Assembly: GCA_050331235.1 (NCBI GenBank)
Contig: JBHJHA010000038.1
Span: 1-42,051, forward strand
DNA: 42,051 bases
Direction: 5' to 3'
DNA from: Leptolyngbyaceae cyanobacterium
GTDB lineage: Bacteria; Cyanobacteriota; Cyanobacteriia; Phormidesmidales; Phormidesmidaceae
Part shown: positions 21,067 to 30,293 of the stretch, in pieces
Layout: each line of letters starts with the position of its first letter
Position numbering within the stretch: the stretch's first letter is position 1
Position numbers and translations under genes: made by a program
The notes under the pieces: generated by a model
Database searches by the model: none
Told to the model about the DNA's origin: nothing
The model's input: only the letters and a program-made list of their open reading frames with translations

Positions 21067-22116
21067 ATGCTTTCGACTTTGCCGAAATGGGCGATCGCGG
21101 GTCTGGCATTTCCGCTCGTCGCGCTCAACGGTTGGTTGCTTTATCAACTGGGGGGATTGCTACAGCCCGTCCCAAGTATCGTAGTGACGGCCAGCTTAGT
21201 TGCCTTCTTAATCGACTATCCCATTCGCGTTTTAGAAAAACGGACCCGCTCACGGGGTTGGGCGACCGCCTTAGTCCTATTGACGGTACTAGCGTTGGCG
21301 ATCGTGCTCGTCGTCTTCCTCGCGCCGTTGGTGTGGAAACAGCTCAATGATTTTGCGGAGGGGCTGCCGGGACTGATTGAGCGGGGTAAAAACGAACTCC
21401 TGCTGCTGAGCGATCGCCCATTCATTCAAAATGCTCCCGTAGACTTCGAGCAAGTGACCGTAGACGCAGCCAATCGCCTATCCGCATCGCTACAGTCGGC
21501 GACCAGCCAGGTGATTAACGTGACGTTGAGCACCATCAACAGCACGCTCAATCTGTTGGTCACTCTAGTGCTCAGCATTTTGCTGATTTTGAATGGAGGA
21601 AACCTGTGGAATGGTTTGCTCGGTTGGCTGCCGATGACGCTACAAACCGAACTCCGCAATGCTCTACAGCCTAGCTTTCAAGGATACTTCTCTGGTCAGG
21701 CGACGCTAGCGCTCATCTTGACGATCGCCCAGTCAATTGTTTTTATGCTGCTAGACGTGCCCTATGGTTTGTTGTTTGGCATTGTAATTGGGTTGGCAAG
21801 CCTGATCCCCTTTGGGGGCTCCATTGCAGTATTGGGCATCAGCCTGCTGCTAGCCTTTCAGACGCCTGCGTTGGGGCTTCAGGTACTCGTTGTGGCGGCG
21901 ACACTCGGGCAGATCAACGACAACATAATTGCGCCACGTTTGATTGGGGGAGTAACCGGCCTGAATCCGGCTGTAGTTGTGGTCGTTCTGCTGGTGGGGG
22001 CCAAGTTTGCTGGGTTCCTTGGGCTCCTCTTAGCCGTACCGACCGCAAGCGTGATCAAAAAAGTAGCCGATGCCCTGCGATCGCCGACTGCTTCTGCGCC
22101 AGCTTCATCAAACTAA
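21067..22116 (+). CDS. AI-2E (PerM/TqsA) family transporter
   Basis: Multi-TM protein with GYFSGQ, LIPFGG, QINDNIIAPRLIGGVTGLNP, GLLLAVP. Confidence 0.92.
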   Translation: MLSTLPKWAIAGLAFPLVALNGWLLYQLGGLLQPVPSIVVTASLVAFLIDYPIRVLEKRTRSRGWATALVLLTVLALAIVLVVFLAPLVWKQLNDFAEGLPGLIERGKNELLLLSDRPFIQNAPVDFEQVTVDAANRLSASLQSATSQVINVTLSTINSTLNLLVTLVLSILLILNGGNLWNGLLGWLPMTLQTELRNALQPSFQGYFSGQATLALILTIAQSIVFMLLDVPYGLLFGIVIGLASLIPFGGSIAVLGISLLLAFQTPALGLQVLVVAATLGQINDNIIAPRLIGGVTGLNPAVVVVVLLVGAKFAGFLGLLLAVPTASVIKKVADALRSPTASAPASSN

Positions 22117-22124
22117 GGACGCAC

Positions 22125-22556
22125 TTAGGGCATCTCACAGAGCGTCCAATACTTGTTGAGCGCTGCCATTACCTCAGCAAAGTTAGAAAAGGTAACGGGC
22201 TTCAGAATGTAACCTGCAACGTTGAGCTTATACGCCTCAATGCGATCCTGATCTTCATCGGAGGTGGTGAGTACCACAACCGGCGTCATGGCCAATTTTG
22301 GATCCTTCCGCAGCTCTTGCAAAAATTCAATCCCATTCATTTTGGGCATATTGATATCGAGCAAAATAATGCGTCGTCGCTCTGGAATGTTGAGATCTGA
22401 GCCACCGTTATTTCTCAACATTTCGAGTGCTTCCAGACCATTACTAGCCACAAAGAGAGGATTAGTGATGCGATTGCGCTTAAACGCTCGCTTCACATTC
22501 ATCACATCGACCTGGTCATCTTCAACCAGCAAAATATTGACAATTCGCTCTTGCAA
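22125..22556 (-). CDS. Single-domain response regulator, Rcp1-like
   Basis: ILLVEDD, ILLDINMPKMNG, VVLTTS, AGYILKPV, YW motif; TTG start with AGGGG RBS. Confidence 0.92.
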   Translation of the reverse strand: MQERIVNILLVEDDQVDVMNVKRAFKRNRITNPLFVASNGLEALEMLRNNGGSDLNIPERRRIILLDINMPKMNGIEFLQELRKDPKLAMTPVVVLTTSDEDQDRIEAYKLNVAGYILKPVTFSNFAEVMAALNKYWTLCEMP

Positions 22557-22755
22557 AAGAAATCCCCCTTACCTAGTCGCACGTCGACCAGTGATTTGAC
22601 ATCAACGACCGTGCATGAGACATAAGCCTATTGTCGCTAGAAACCCGATTCATCCTTCTTTAGGAATAAATTTCTTGATATTGTGTCCTTCGGATCGGAG
22701 AAGTTCCGTCAGAATTCGAGTAGATATTTCCCGAGCTGCCAGTCAGACGACCAAG

Positions 22756-24846
22756 TTAACCAATGGGCCAGGTAAATCGAAATGTCGTCCCGCTGCCCAG
22801 GGCAGAGTCAATATTGATGGTGCCACCTTCAGATTCCACAATTTTTTTCACCAGCGCGAGACCAATACCTGTACTCTCTTGCTCGTCTCGGGACTTCAGA
22901 GTCTGAAAGATAGTGAATATTTTCTGGTGGTAAATCGGATCGATGCCGGGCCCATCATCGCTCACGGTAAATTCAATGAAATCATCGTGAGGGGTTGAAG
23001 TGATACGAATCTTGCCCTGCTCGCGGTCGTGGTGTTTGATTGCGTTGCTAATAAGATTAGAGAATACTTGGCCAAGCGCAGTGCGGTTAGTTTGCAGTGT
23101 AGGCATGGTCTCAGGTAAATCAATCGTAAAAGCAGCGGGTGGGGCCAATAAGTCAATAATTTCATCGAGCATAGGCCGCACGTCAACGGTTTCAATCCGT
23201 CGCTCTTGGCGGCCAACCCGAGAAAAGGTCAAAAGTCCATTGATCAAAGATTCCATACGATGGACCCGATTTCTCAGCAGGGATAACTGATGCTGATTTT
23301 CATCGGGGATTTGACCACTCAGATCCTCCTCAATCCACTCTGAAAGATTCGCGATCGCCCGCAGGGGTGCTTTGAGATCGTGGGAGGCGACATAGGCAAA
23401 CTGGTCTAGCTCCGTGTTGCGATTTTCTAGCATGGCATTAGAGACCGCCAACAAACCATTGACGCCCTCAAGCTCCTCAGCGCGCTGCTGTAGTTCTGAA
23501 CGTGCTGCTTTGATATCGCTGATATCTTCGATGACAGCGATGAAGGAGATGATATCTTCATTGCCGTATCGTTCTGTCGAGACAGTAGCCATTACCCAAA
23601 CCGGTTTGCCATTGCGATGGAGATAGCGCTTTTCAAACCGGCACGACTCAACTTCTCCATTAATGAGTTGCCGATAGTAATGTTCGTCCTGGGCAAAGTC
23701 TCCGGGATCGGTAAAGTCCTGAAAATGACGCCCCAGCATCTCCTCCGGTTTGTAACCGAGGAGTTCGCACAGCCTTTGGTTGACCTGTAGCCACTGCCCG
23801 GCCGGCGTCAGCCGCGCCATGCCCACTGCTGACTGCTCAAACACCGCACGAAACCGGACTTCGCTGGCTTGCAGAGCCAACTCAGACTGTTTGTTGACCG
23901 TTGTCTCTTGCAGTACCCCAAGCATGCGATAGGGCTGTCCGGCGGCATCAAATAGGAAGCGCCCCTGGGCCAATACCCAATGTAAGGAGTTGTCTGGGTG
24001 ACGAACGCGATATTCTTCAGCAAAGATCGTCTGTTGCTGCTTCGCTTGCGCCAGGGCGGCCTCGACTTGGGGGCGATCGTCTGGAAGCACCCGTGCCTTC
24101 CAGAGTTGGGCCGAGGGTTGAACGATGTCTTCACCTTCATATCCCAAAATGGTTTGGGTTCTAGGCGACCAAATCTGAGTGTCATCTGCTAACTCCCATT
24201 CCCAACTGCCCATCTGAGCGGCACTCATGGCAATATTGAGCCGCGCTGCCGTGTCTTGCAGATTACTCAACGTCGTTTCTAACTTGCTCCGATACGCCTG
24301 CTCCTGCTGTAAAAGCCGTTCATTCGCTTCCTTAGCGGCGGCCAAATCCCCCGTGCGGGCAGCAACGCGAGCTTCTAAATCGGTATTGAGTCGTTGAATT
24401 TCCGCTTTAGCCGCTTTGTGCTCTTCAACTTCCTTTTCCAAAGAACCATTCAGGGCCGCTAGTTGGCTAGGACTCGGGAGATCTAATGCTGAAGGAATCA
24501 GCGGCACGATGGTGATGGCGGTGTATACAGAGACGAAGGCCGTGATTGCCTTAGCCGTGCCGGAGAGCCAGTATTGGGGTACCCAGAGAGTCCAGACAGC
24601 GAGGATATGAGTGACGCCACAGGCTGCAATAAAGGCGACAAACAAGCCAAATAGTAGTCGAAAGGGGACGTCTTGACGCTTTTGAACGAAGTACCAAAGG
24701 GCAAAGGCAATGACAAAATAAGCGATCGCAATCAAGGCGTCAGAGAGTCCATGGAGCCACACTAAGCTGGGCTTCCAGAGGTAGCAGTGCCCATGGGGAA
24801 TAAACGGACTTGTGCTTAAAAGAAACGGGGGCAAGGGCAACACCAT
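22756..24846 (-). CDS. Sensor histidine kinase: ETR1-like ethylene-binding TM domain + coiled coil + 2 PAS/PAC + Cph1-type kinase
   Basis: PHGHCYLW..SDALIAIAYFVI..FIAACGVTH; FAYVASHDLKAPLR H-box; NLISNAIKHH, DDGPGID, GIGLALVKK. Confidence 0.9.
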   Translation of the reverse strand: MVLPLPPFLLSTSPFIPHGHCYLWKPSLVWLHGLSDALIAIAYFVIAFALWYFVQKRQDVPFRLLFGLFVAFIAACGVTHILAVWTLWVPQYWLSGTAKAITAFVSVYTAITIVPLIPSALDLPSPSQLAALNGSLEKEVEEHKAAKAEIQRLNTDLEARVAARTGDLAAAKEANERLLQQEQAYRSKLETTLSNLQDTAARLNIAMSAAQMGSWEWELADDTQIWSPRTQTILGYEGEDIVQPSAQLWKARVLPDDRPQVEAALAQAKQQQTIFAEEYRVRHPDNSLHWVLAQGRFLFDAAGQPYRMLGVLQETTVNKQSELALQASEVRFRAVFEQSAVGMARLTPAGQWLQVNQRLCELLGYKPEEMLGRHFQDFTDPGDFAQDEHYYRQLINGEVESCRFEKRYLHRNGKPVWVMATVSTERYGNEDIISFIAVIEDISDIKAARSELQQRAEELEGVNGLLAVSNAMLENRNTELDQFAYVASHDLKAPLRAIANLSEWIEEDLSGQIPDENQHQLSLLRNRVHRMESLINGLLTFSRVGRQERRIETVDVRPMLDEIIDLLAPPAAFTIDLPETMPTLQTNRTALGQVFSNLISNAIKHHDREQGKIRITSTPHDDFIEFTVSDDGPGIDPIYHQKIFTIFQTLKSRDEQESTGIGLALVKKIVESEGGTINIDSALGSGTTFRFTWPIG

Positions 24847-25129
24847 GTGTCTCATCAAGAATCGCAAAGCTAACCAAAGTTCGCGATTGATTCTTCACCG
24901 TATCCATGAGCATAACCTGGAAAACTGAGGCGATTCACCAGTTTGCAGAACTTAGTCATTTCCTTGAGCCGCCTGGAGCTAGGCCGCCATTTGAACAAAC
25001 ACCTTACTTGAGTCTTGAAGCAGGGCGCCGCCCTTCGCGCTTAGTGACTATGGCGAGGAGTTTGCCATGGTCAGCCTAAGCCTAGTGGCAGCTCACGATG
25101 TCAGACGAAACCCAGCAGAACAATGTGAT

Positions 25130-25170
25130 TTATACACAAAATACACATTAAATGTGTATTTTGTGTATAA
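25130..25170. repeat. Perfect inverted repeat with 20-bp arms and a 1-nt spacer (probable operator)
   Basis: TTATACACAAAATACACATT-A-AATGTGTATTTTGTGTATAA. Confidence 0.9.
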
Positions 25171-25230
25171 TGAAGCCAAGTTGACTGCGCAGGGACGAAC
25201 GAGATGGTCTCATATGGAGAGTGATAGCTT

Positions 25231-25425
25231 ATGAAAATGGATTTCAATCCTGACGCATTGGAGTGCCCTCGCTGTGGCAAACGAGTACTCGTCAGCCGTG
25301 GCGAGGGGCATTATCACTGCCTTTGGTGTGGCTTTAAGCGCGACATCTCGGAGCCGGAAGAAGGGTTTCAAGCCTTTTGGACAATGATTCCATTTGGAAT
25401 CATATTGGCTCTAATACTGGTGTAG
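25231..25425 (+). CDS. Small Zn-ribbon protein with a C-terminal TM helix
   Basis: CPRCG...CLWCG; hydrophobic tail; GGAGAG RBS. Confidence 0.8.
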   Translation: MKMDFNPDALECPRCGKRVLVSRGEGHYHCLWCGFKRDISEPEEGFQAFWTMIPFGIILALILV

Positions 25426-25473
25426 GACCTTAAGGACTGGGGGCTGTAAAGCGTCAAACATAGCTCTGAACTC

Positions 25474-25503
25474 AATGACTTGGTGTAATCCAAGTCATTT
25501 TTT
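25474..25503 (+). terminator. Intrinsic terminator
   Basis: AATGACTTGG-TGTAAT-CCAAGTCATT followed by a T-run. Confidence 0.75.
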
Positions 25504-25735
25504 GTGCATTTTATATGGGTGTTTGGGAAGGCTACACTATATCTCAGACCTTTCCTCTTCAGAGGAATCCAGGCAAATGAACCACTGATATGTAAAGATT
25601 ATGGATCTGGCCCCAGAAAAACTATGCAAAATCTACACCCAGAGTATGATTCTCTTTGTGTAATATTTATGGAGCCTGTTTTAGGATGAGAGTTGTACTC
25701 GCCTTACTGTTTTGTGGTTGAGGAACCTACAGAAA

Positions 25736-25942
25736 ATGAAGAAAAAACGACTCAATTTAGAGCTTTCGGATGAAGCCTACGACCAGTTAGAGAAGTTGGC
25801 TGAAGCCTCTGGTAAAAACAAGGCGGAGATTTTAAGGACAGGTCTAGCGCTGTACGGCTTGTTGGAAGAAGAAAAGGAAAAGGGCCGTAGCCTTGGCATT
25901 ATTGAGGAGGAGCAGGTTGTTACCAAGATTTTCGTGCCTTGA
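25736..25942 (+). CDS. Ribbon-helix-helix (CopG-like) DNA-binding protein
   Basis: KRLNLELSDEAYDQLEKLAEASGKNKAEILRTGL strand-helix-helix pattern; GAGGA RBS. Confidence 0.85.
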   Translation: MKKKRLNLELSDEAYDQLEKLAEASGKNKAEILRTGLALYGLLEEEKEKGRSLGIIEEEQVVTKIFVP

Positions 25943-25996
25943 TAGAACTGCTGAGTTGAATGCAAGCAGCCTGCAGAGCACATCGCTCGCAATTCG

Positions 25997-28030
25997 CTAA
26001 CCTGCTGGCTGCTCCAGAATGGCCCGCCAAAAGGCTACGAGAACGATGATGTGACGATTGATTTGCCAAACTCCGTCCTGAATCATCGCCAGCGTTTCGC
26101 AAAAATCTTCTTGCTGCCAGCTATTAACGTCTTGCACAGGAACTCGATTGAGTTCGGCTTGGCTTTCTGCCTGGGTTTGTTGGATGTGTCCGAGGAGGCG
26201 ATCGCAATCGACGCTCAAAATCCGAAATAATTTGTTGGCTTCGACAATTTGCGTTGTCGTTAACTGTCCAAGTTCAGCATATTCCTCGAGCGAGGCTTCT
26301 AACTGCTCTAGTAAATTGCTAAAAATCGAGTGCGATTCCTTCAAGTCACTCCAGCGGTAGTCCAAGTCAGTACGAATTTCACTTGGAATAGTCATCGACC
26401 GTAAGTTGACTACATCACCGTTGAGGTTGACCACCTGCTCGGGTTCGTAGGGGATATCTAAAATGAGAAGAGCCCCTTGCCCCCTGAGGTAAGTCTGAGC
26501 ATCAGCCAGTAACCCTTGATTGGCAATAAAGCGGGCATTGTTGGCATCAACATCAGTAAAGCAGCTACTTGTGAGATCGGTCCCGTTAAACTCAGTCTCG
26601 AGCAAACTGGCACCAGAAAGATCAGCATGCCGTAGATCAGCCCGATAAAACTGTACTTCTTGCAGATTAGTATTGATCAGTTTGGCCTGGAGCAGATTGA
26701 TACCGGTGACCTCCGCCCCGCACAGGTTAGCTCCACCAAGCATAATTGAGCTGGCATAAGCCCGGCTCAGATCCGCCCCGTCTAAGTTGCAATCGCTGAA
26801 ATCAGCATCGCGGAGGTTAGCCCGCACCAGCTTGGCACTGACGAGGGTGGCTCGCTGTAAACGCGCAGACATCAGACTAGAACCACTCAAATCGGCATAG
26901 CTGAGATCAGTCTCAGTGAGATTGGCATTACTACAGTTGGCCCCGCCGAGGTGAGTATGTTGCAAGTTAGCCTTAGTTAAGTTGGCAAAGAGCAACAACG
27001 CCTGGGTCAAGTTGGCGTATGAGAGGTCGGCCCCCGAGAGATCGGTCAAAATCAGACTGGCATTTGCTAACCTGACATGGCGCATCGAAGCGCCACGAAA
27101 GCTCACCTGATTGAGGCGGGCATTTCGGAGACGGGCATAGTCGAGCTGAGCCCCACTCAAATCAGACGATCGCAGTCGCGCCCGCCGTAACTCGGCCCTT
27201 TCTAGTTGCGCATTTTGGAGGTTAGCTCCCCCCAAATCAGCCCCGACAAGGGAAGCTTCAGTCAATCGGGCAGCCCGCAACGTAGCCTTAACAAGATTGG
27301 CTCCATTGAGCTGTGCTGCCGACAGGTTAGCTTCGTCTAAGGTGGCTTCAGTCAAAACGCTGCCAGTCAGGATTGCCCCGGTCAGATCGGCGCCTTCGAG
27401 CTGGGCTTTCTCCAAAATGGCATTATTGAAATGTGCATATCGCAGACTAATGCCCGCTTCCAATATGGCTCCCCGCAGATTTGCCCGCTCAAAGCTAGCT
27501 GCATCCAACGTCGCCCGAGTGAACTGAGTATTACTGAAATAGGCTCCCCGAGCGCTGGTAGCGCTCAAGTCACAGTCAATAATGTTGGCCCCGGAAAAGT
27601 TACTGCCATCAACATTGACCCCACGCATCTTAACTCTAATCAAGGTTGACCGACGCCATAAGGCGCTACCCAGATCCGTCGGGTCACCATCCGGCAGCTT
27701 TTCTAAATTAACGTCGTTCAATTTGGCTTCAGACAGGGTGTTACTCCGCAGCACCGCCGATCTCAGCTGGGTATTTTCTAAGACGGCACCCTTGAGATTA
27801 GCTCCCCGCAGATTAGCCTGATTGAGGTTGGCGGCAGTCAGGTTGGCCCCGCTCAAGTTCGCTCCACTCAAGTTGGCCCTGCTCAAATTGGCTTCGGTCA
27901 AATCAACTTGGCTGAGATCAACGCCGGCAAGACTGCGCCCACTTAGATTTTTGCCAGCGTAATTATCTTGTGGTCTGAGGGCCCAGTCGAGGAGAACCCT
28001 TCGCAGCGTTAGAAAAAGTCTTCGCAGCAT
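25997..28030 (-). CDS. Very long pentapeptide repeat protein with a C-terminal helical domain
   Basis: About 480 aa of A(N/D)Lxx repeats, then about 150 aa of non-repeat acidic, helical sequence. Confidence 0.9.
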   Translation of the reverse strand: MLRRLFLTLRRVLLDWALRPQDNYAGKNLSGRSLAGVDLSQVDLTEANLSRANLSGANLSGANLTAANLNQANLRGANLKGAVLENTQLRSAVLRSNTLSEAKLNDVNLEKLPDGDPTDLGSALWRRSTLIRVKMRGVNVDGSNFSGANIIDCDLSATSARGAYFSNTQFTRATLDAASFERANLRGAILEAGISLRYAHFNNAILEKAQLEGADLTGAILTGSVLTEATLDEANLSAAQLNGANLVKATLRAARLTEASLVGADLGGANLQNAQLERAELRRARLRSSDLSGAQLDYARLRNARLNQVSFRGASMRHVRLANASLILTDLSGADLSYANLTQALLLFANLTKANLQHTHLGGANCSNANLTETDLSYADLSGSSLMSARLQRATLVSAKLVRANLRDADFSDCNLDGADLSRAYASSIMLGGANLCGAEVTGINLLQAKLINTNLQEVQFYRADLRHADLSGASLLETEFNGTDLTSSCFTDVDANNARFIANQGLLADAQTYLRGQGALLILDIPYEPEQVVNLNGDVVNLRSMTIPSEIRTDLDYRWSDLKESHSIFSNLLEQLEASLEEYAELGQLTTTQIVEANKLFRILSVDCDRLLGHIQQTQAESQAELNRVPVQDVNSWQQEDFCETLAMIQDGVWQINRHIIVLVAFWRAILEQPAG

Positions 28031-28189
28031 GCCAGTGGTAGATGACCATACTCAGTCATAGCTCAACTACAGTCGTTAAATCGGAGTTAACGGAGTTTTT
28101 TTAATTTTTAGTTTGGAAAGTATTCCTGCGTTAACAGCCGGTAATGCTCTAGAACAAAAGTACGAAGTCTTGGCCTGTGACCTTCTAAA

Positions 28190-28750
28190 ATGGCTGAGGC
28201 GAGTAAATGGAACAGAATGTCAATGCCTCAAAGACATCTAGTCAACGCCATGATTTATATTTTGGCAACCCTAGGCGCAAACTACACTGCGGCTTGGTTT
28301 ATTCCATTGCCAATATTTGGTCAGGTAGCAGTGGGGACGTTTATTTTTGGGGTGACGTTTACCCAGCGTGACAAGTTACATAGTGCTGGCCGCCGTTGGG
28401 TATACGGTACGATCGTGATCGCGGCTTTGGCCAATGTGATCATGAGTGCCGTACTCGCCGTGCCCCTGCGCATCATTGTGGCGAGTTTTTTGGCGATCGT
28501 ATTGGCGGAAACGGCGGACACCGAAATCTACCAAAAGCTATTGCGTTATCCCTGGTTGCTCAGGGTGGCCGGTAGTAATGCCGTCTCCGTGCCGCTAGAT
28601 ACTTTGTTGTTCACCTTGGTAGCCTTTGCCGGAGTCTTGTCATCCTTGGAGATGGTGTCTCTCCTATTTGGCGAAATTATTACCAAGTACACCATCGGTC
28701 TGTTGGTGGCTCTCTGGCGTGAAGGTAAATTTGTCTGGCAGGAAAATTAA
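28190..28750 (+). CDS. VUT/YhhQ-like (queuosine precursor transporter family) membrane protein; start uncertain
   Basis: GVTFTQRD, RIIVASFLAIVLAETADTEIY, SNAVSVPLDTLLF motifs. Confidence 0.85.
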   Translation: MAEASKWNRMSMPQRHLVNAMIYILATLGANYTAAWFIPLPIFGQVAVGTFIFGVTFTQRDKLHSAGRRWVYGTIVIAALANVIMSAVLAVPLRIIVASFLAIVLAETADTEIYQKLLRYPWLLRVAGSNAVSVPLDTLLFTLVAFAGVLSSLEMVSLLFGEIITKYTIGLLVALWREGKFVWQEN

Positions 28751-28829
28751 TCGGCAGTGCTGGATCAATCGCGCTAGGCGATCGCGCTTACCGGTACTCA
28801 GAAACCTGCTCTTAGCGATCAATGAGACC

Positions 28830-30020
28830 TTAAAGCTCGTATGACCAGCGGGCGCGGTAGCCTCGGGCATCAATGTGCGTAAAGGTGGAAGCGCTAGCTA
28901 AACCGCCCTTTGCCCCCCACCAAGGGTCAAGTTGTGCATACACTTCAAACGGATGGACCCCTTCCACCATGAAGTTAACCCCGTCGCCTGTAATATGGCG
29001 AGACGTTTTGATGCCGCCGACACGGAGATTGGTCGCCGGATCACGGTACCAAGAAATCACCTTGATGGGTCGGCTCCCAAACAGTACGCGGATTTCTTCT
29101 AAAGCTTCTGCAATGCGAATCATGCCGTAGATGACTTCTGTACTGGTGGGCAGTCGGGTACCGCCATGGGTGGCCTGTCCCCAGGTGAAGTATCCCCCCG
29201 CCAAAATCGGATCGCGGGTGTTAAACGTTCCTTGAAACCCAGGAAGATTCAAGGTCTCGCCGCGATCGCCCAGCTCTACCCGCCCAGCCGGATTGCGGTC
29301 TTCAGGGCAGTTATTTGGTTCAGTACCTTCGAGTTCGATATCGGGGGCAAAGGTATACCAAATGGTGCGATTATCCTCCCCTAGTCCGGTCCCCGACAGA
29401 TGGACCTTGAGATAATTACCTTCGACTTCGCTGTAAGATTGCAGACCAAAAGCTGTATTCTTGGCAACGAAAACTTTTTCCTTTGCCGGTAATTGGCTCG
29501 AAAGGGTGGGTCTTGCTTTGAACACGGTATCGCTGTTCACCCAAAGCCGAATCTGCTGGCCAGAAATCTGAATATCTTCGGCTTTAGCGTACCAAACATC
29601 GGTTTGGAGATTGCCAAACTGCGCCTCTGTCAAGGTCAGTTTCATGTGGTTGCTGGGGGCCGGAGCGTAGGACTGTAGTGACAGGGTTGTCCCGGCGGCA
29701 ACAAAAGCTTTTTCCTGGTCGGTCAATTCGCTAGACAGGATAGGCTGTTGCTTTAAGAGCGTATCTCGTTGCAAGGTGGCTTTGATCCCCGTTCCCTCGA
29801 TGTCGATATCGGCCTCTGAGGCGTACCAAGTAAAGCCTTTTTGTTTCCCGAGGGCCGCATGGGCTAGCTCTAAGCGAACATGCTGATTGCCCGCCGCCGC
29901 AAAAAATTGCAGTTCGTATTCACTACCGCTGGGGACAAAGACCTTGTCTGCATCTGTCAGCTCGCTAGATAAAACAGGATGCCGCTTGAATAAGGTATCG
30001 CTCTTGACTTTGGCCTTCAT
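28830..30020 (-). CDS. Peptidase M15 (D-Ala-D-Ala carboxypeptidase-like) protein with three N-terminal tandem repeats
   Basis: SWYRDP..N..VGG...SRH......(N)...FTHIDARG; three ~78-aa repeats upstream. Confidence 0.85.
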   Translation of the reverse strand: MKAKVKSDTLFKRHPVLSSELTDADKVFVPSGSEYELQFFAAAGNQHVRLELAHAALGKQKGFTWYASEADIDIEGTGIKATLQRDTLLKQQPILSSELTDQEKAFVAAGTTLSLQSYAPAPSNHMKLTLTEAQFGNLQTDVWYAKAEDIQISGQQIRLWVNSDTVFKARPTLSSQLPAKEKVFVAKNTAFGLQSYSEVEGNYLKVHLSGTGLGEDNRTIWYTFAPDIELEGTEPNNCPEDRNPAGRVELGDRGETLNLPGFQGTFNTRDPILAGGYFTWGQATHGGTRLPTSTEVIYGMIRIAEALEEIRVLFGSRPIKVISWYRDPATNLRVGGIKTSRHITGDGVNFMVEGVHPFEVYAQLDPWWGAKGGLASASTFTHIDARGYRARWSYEL

Positions 30021-30293
30021 ATTGACACATCTCATTTCATCGAGCCGAGGTCGCAAATCCCCTGTGATCGCACAAAGTGGATTGCCACACTAAGGCAGCG
30101 ATCGCGCCCCAGCAGTCCAGGACTGTTTGGTTGATCCGGGAGGTTAGCTGACCAGTGCGTCAGTGCTGAACTCTATGGCTCATCGGTGATTATGCCGCAA
30201 CATCTCAAAACCGGATGAAAATTTGTGGCAGGAGTCGAATTTATTAAGTTTGAGCAGCGTGCTGTCCCTGTGTGACGAAGACACAGAGTATGA

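Noticed and set aside
25124..25138. CRP-like site TGTGA...ACACA
   Set aside because: Spacer is 5 nt, not 6.
28030..28190. preQ1 riboswitch ahead of the VUT-family gene
   Set aside because: No stem plus A-rich tail matching preQ1-I was found.
30138..30155. GTCAGCTAACCTC on the minus strand upstream of the cell-wall peptidase, like the 3' motif of the c-di-AMP (ydaO) riboswitch
   Set aside because: The upstream GCTGAATC, GGAACGGGG and GGGGTGAAT elements are not visible. A cmsearch would settle it.
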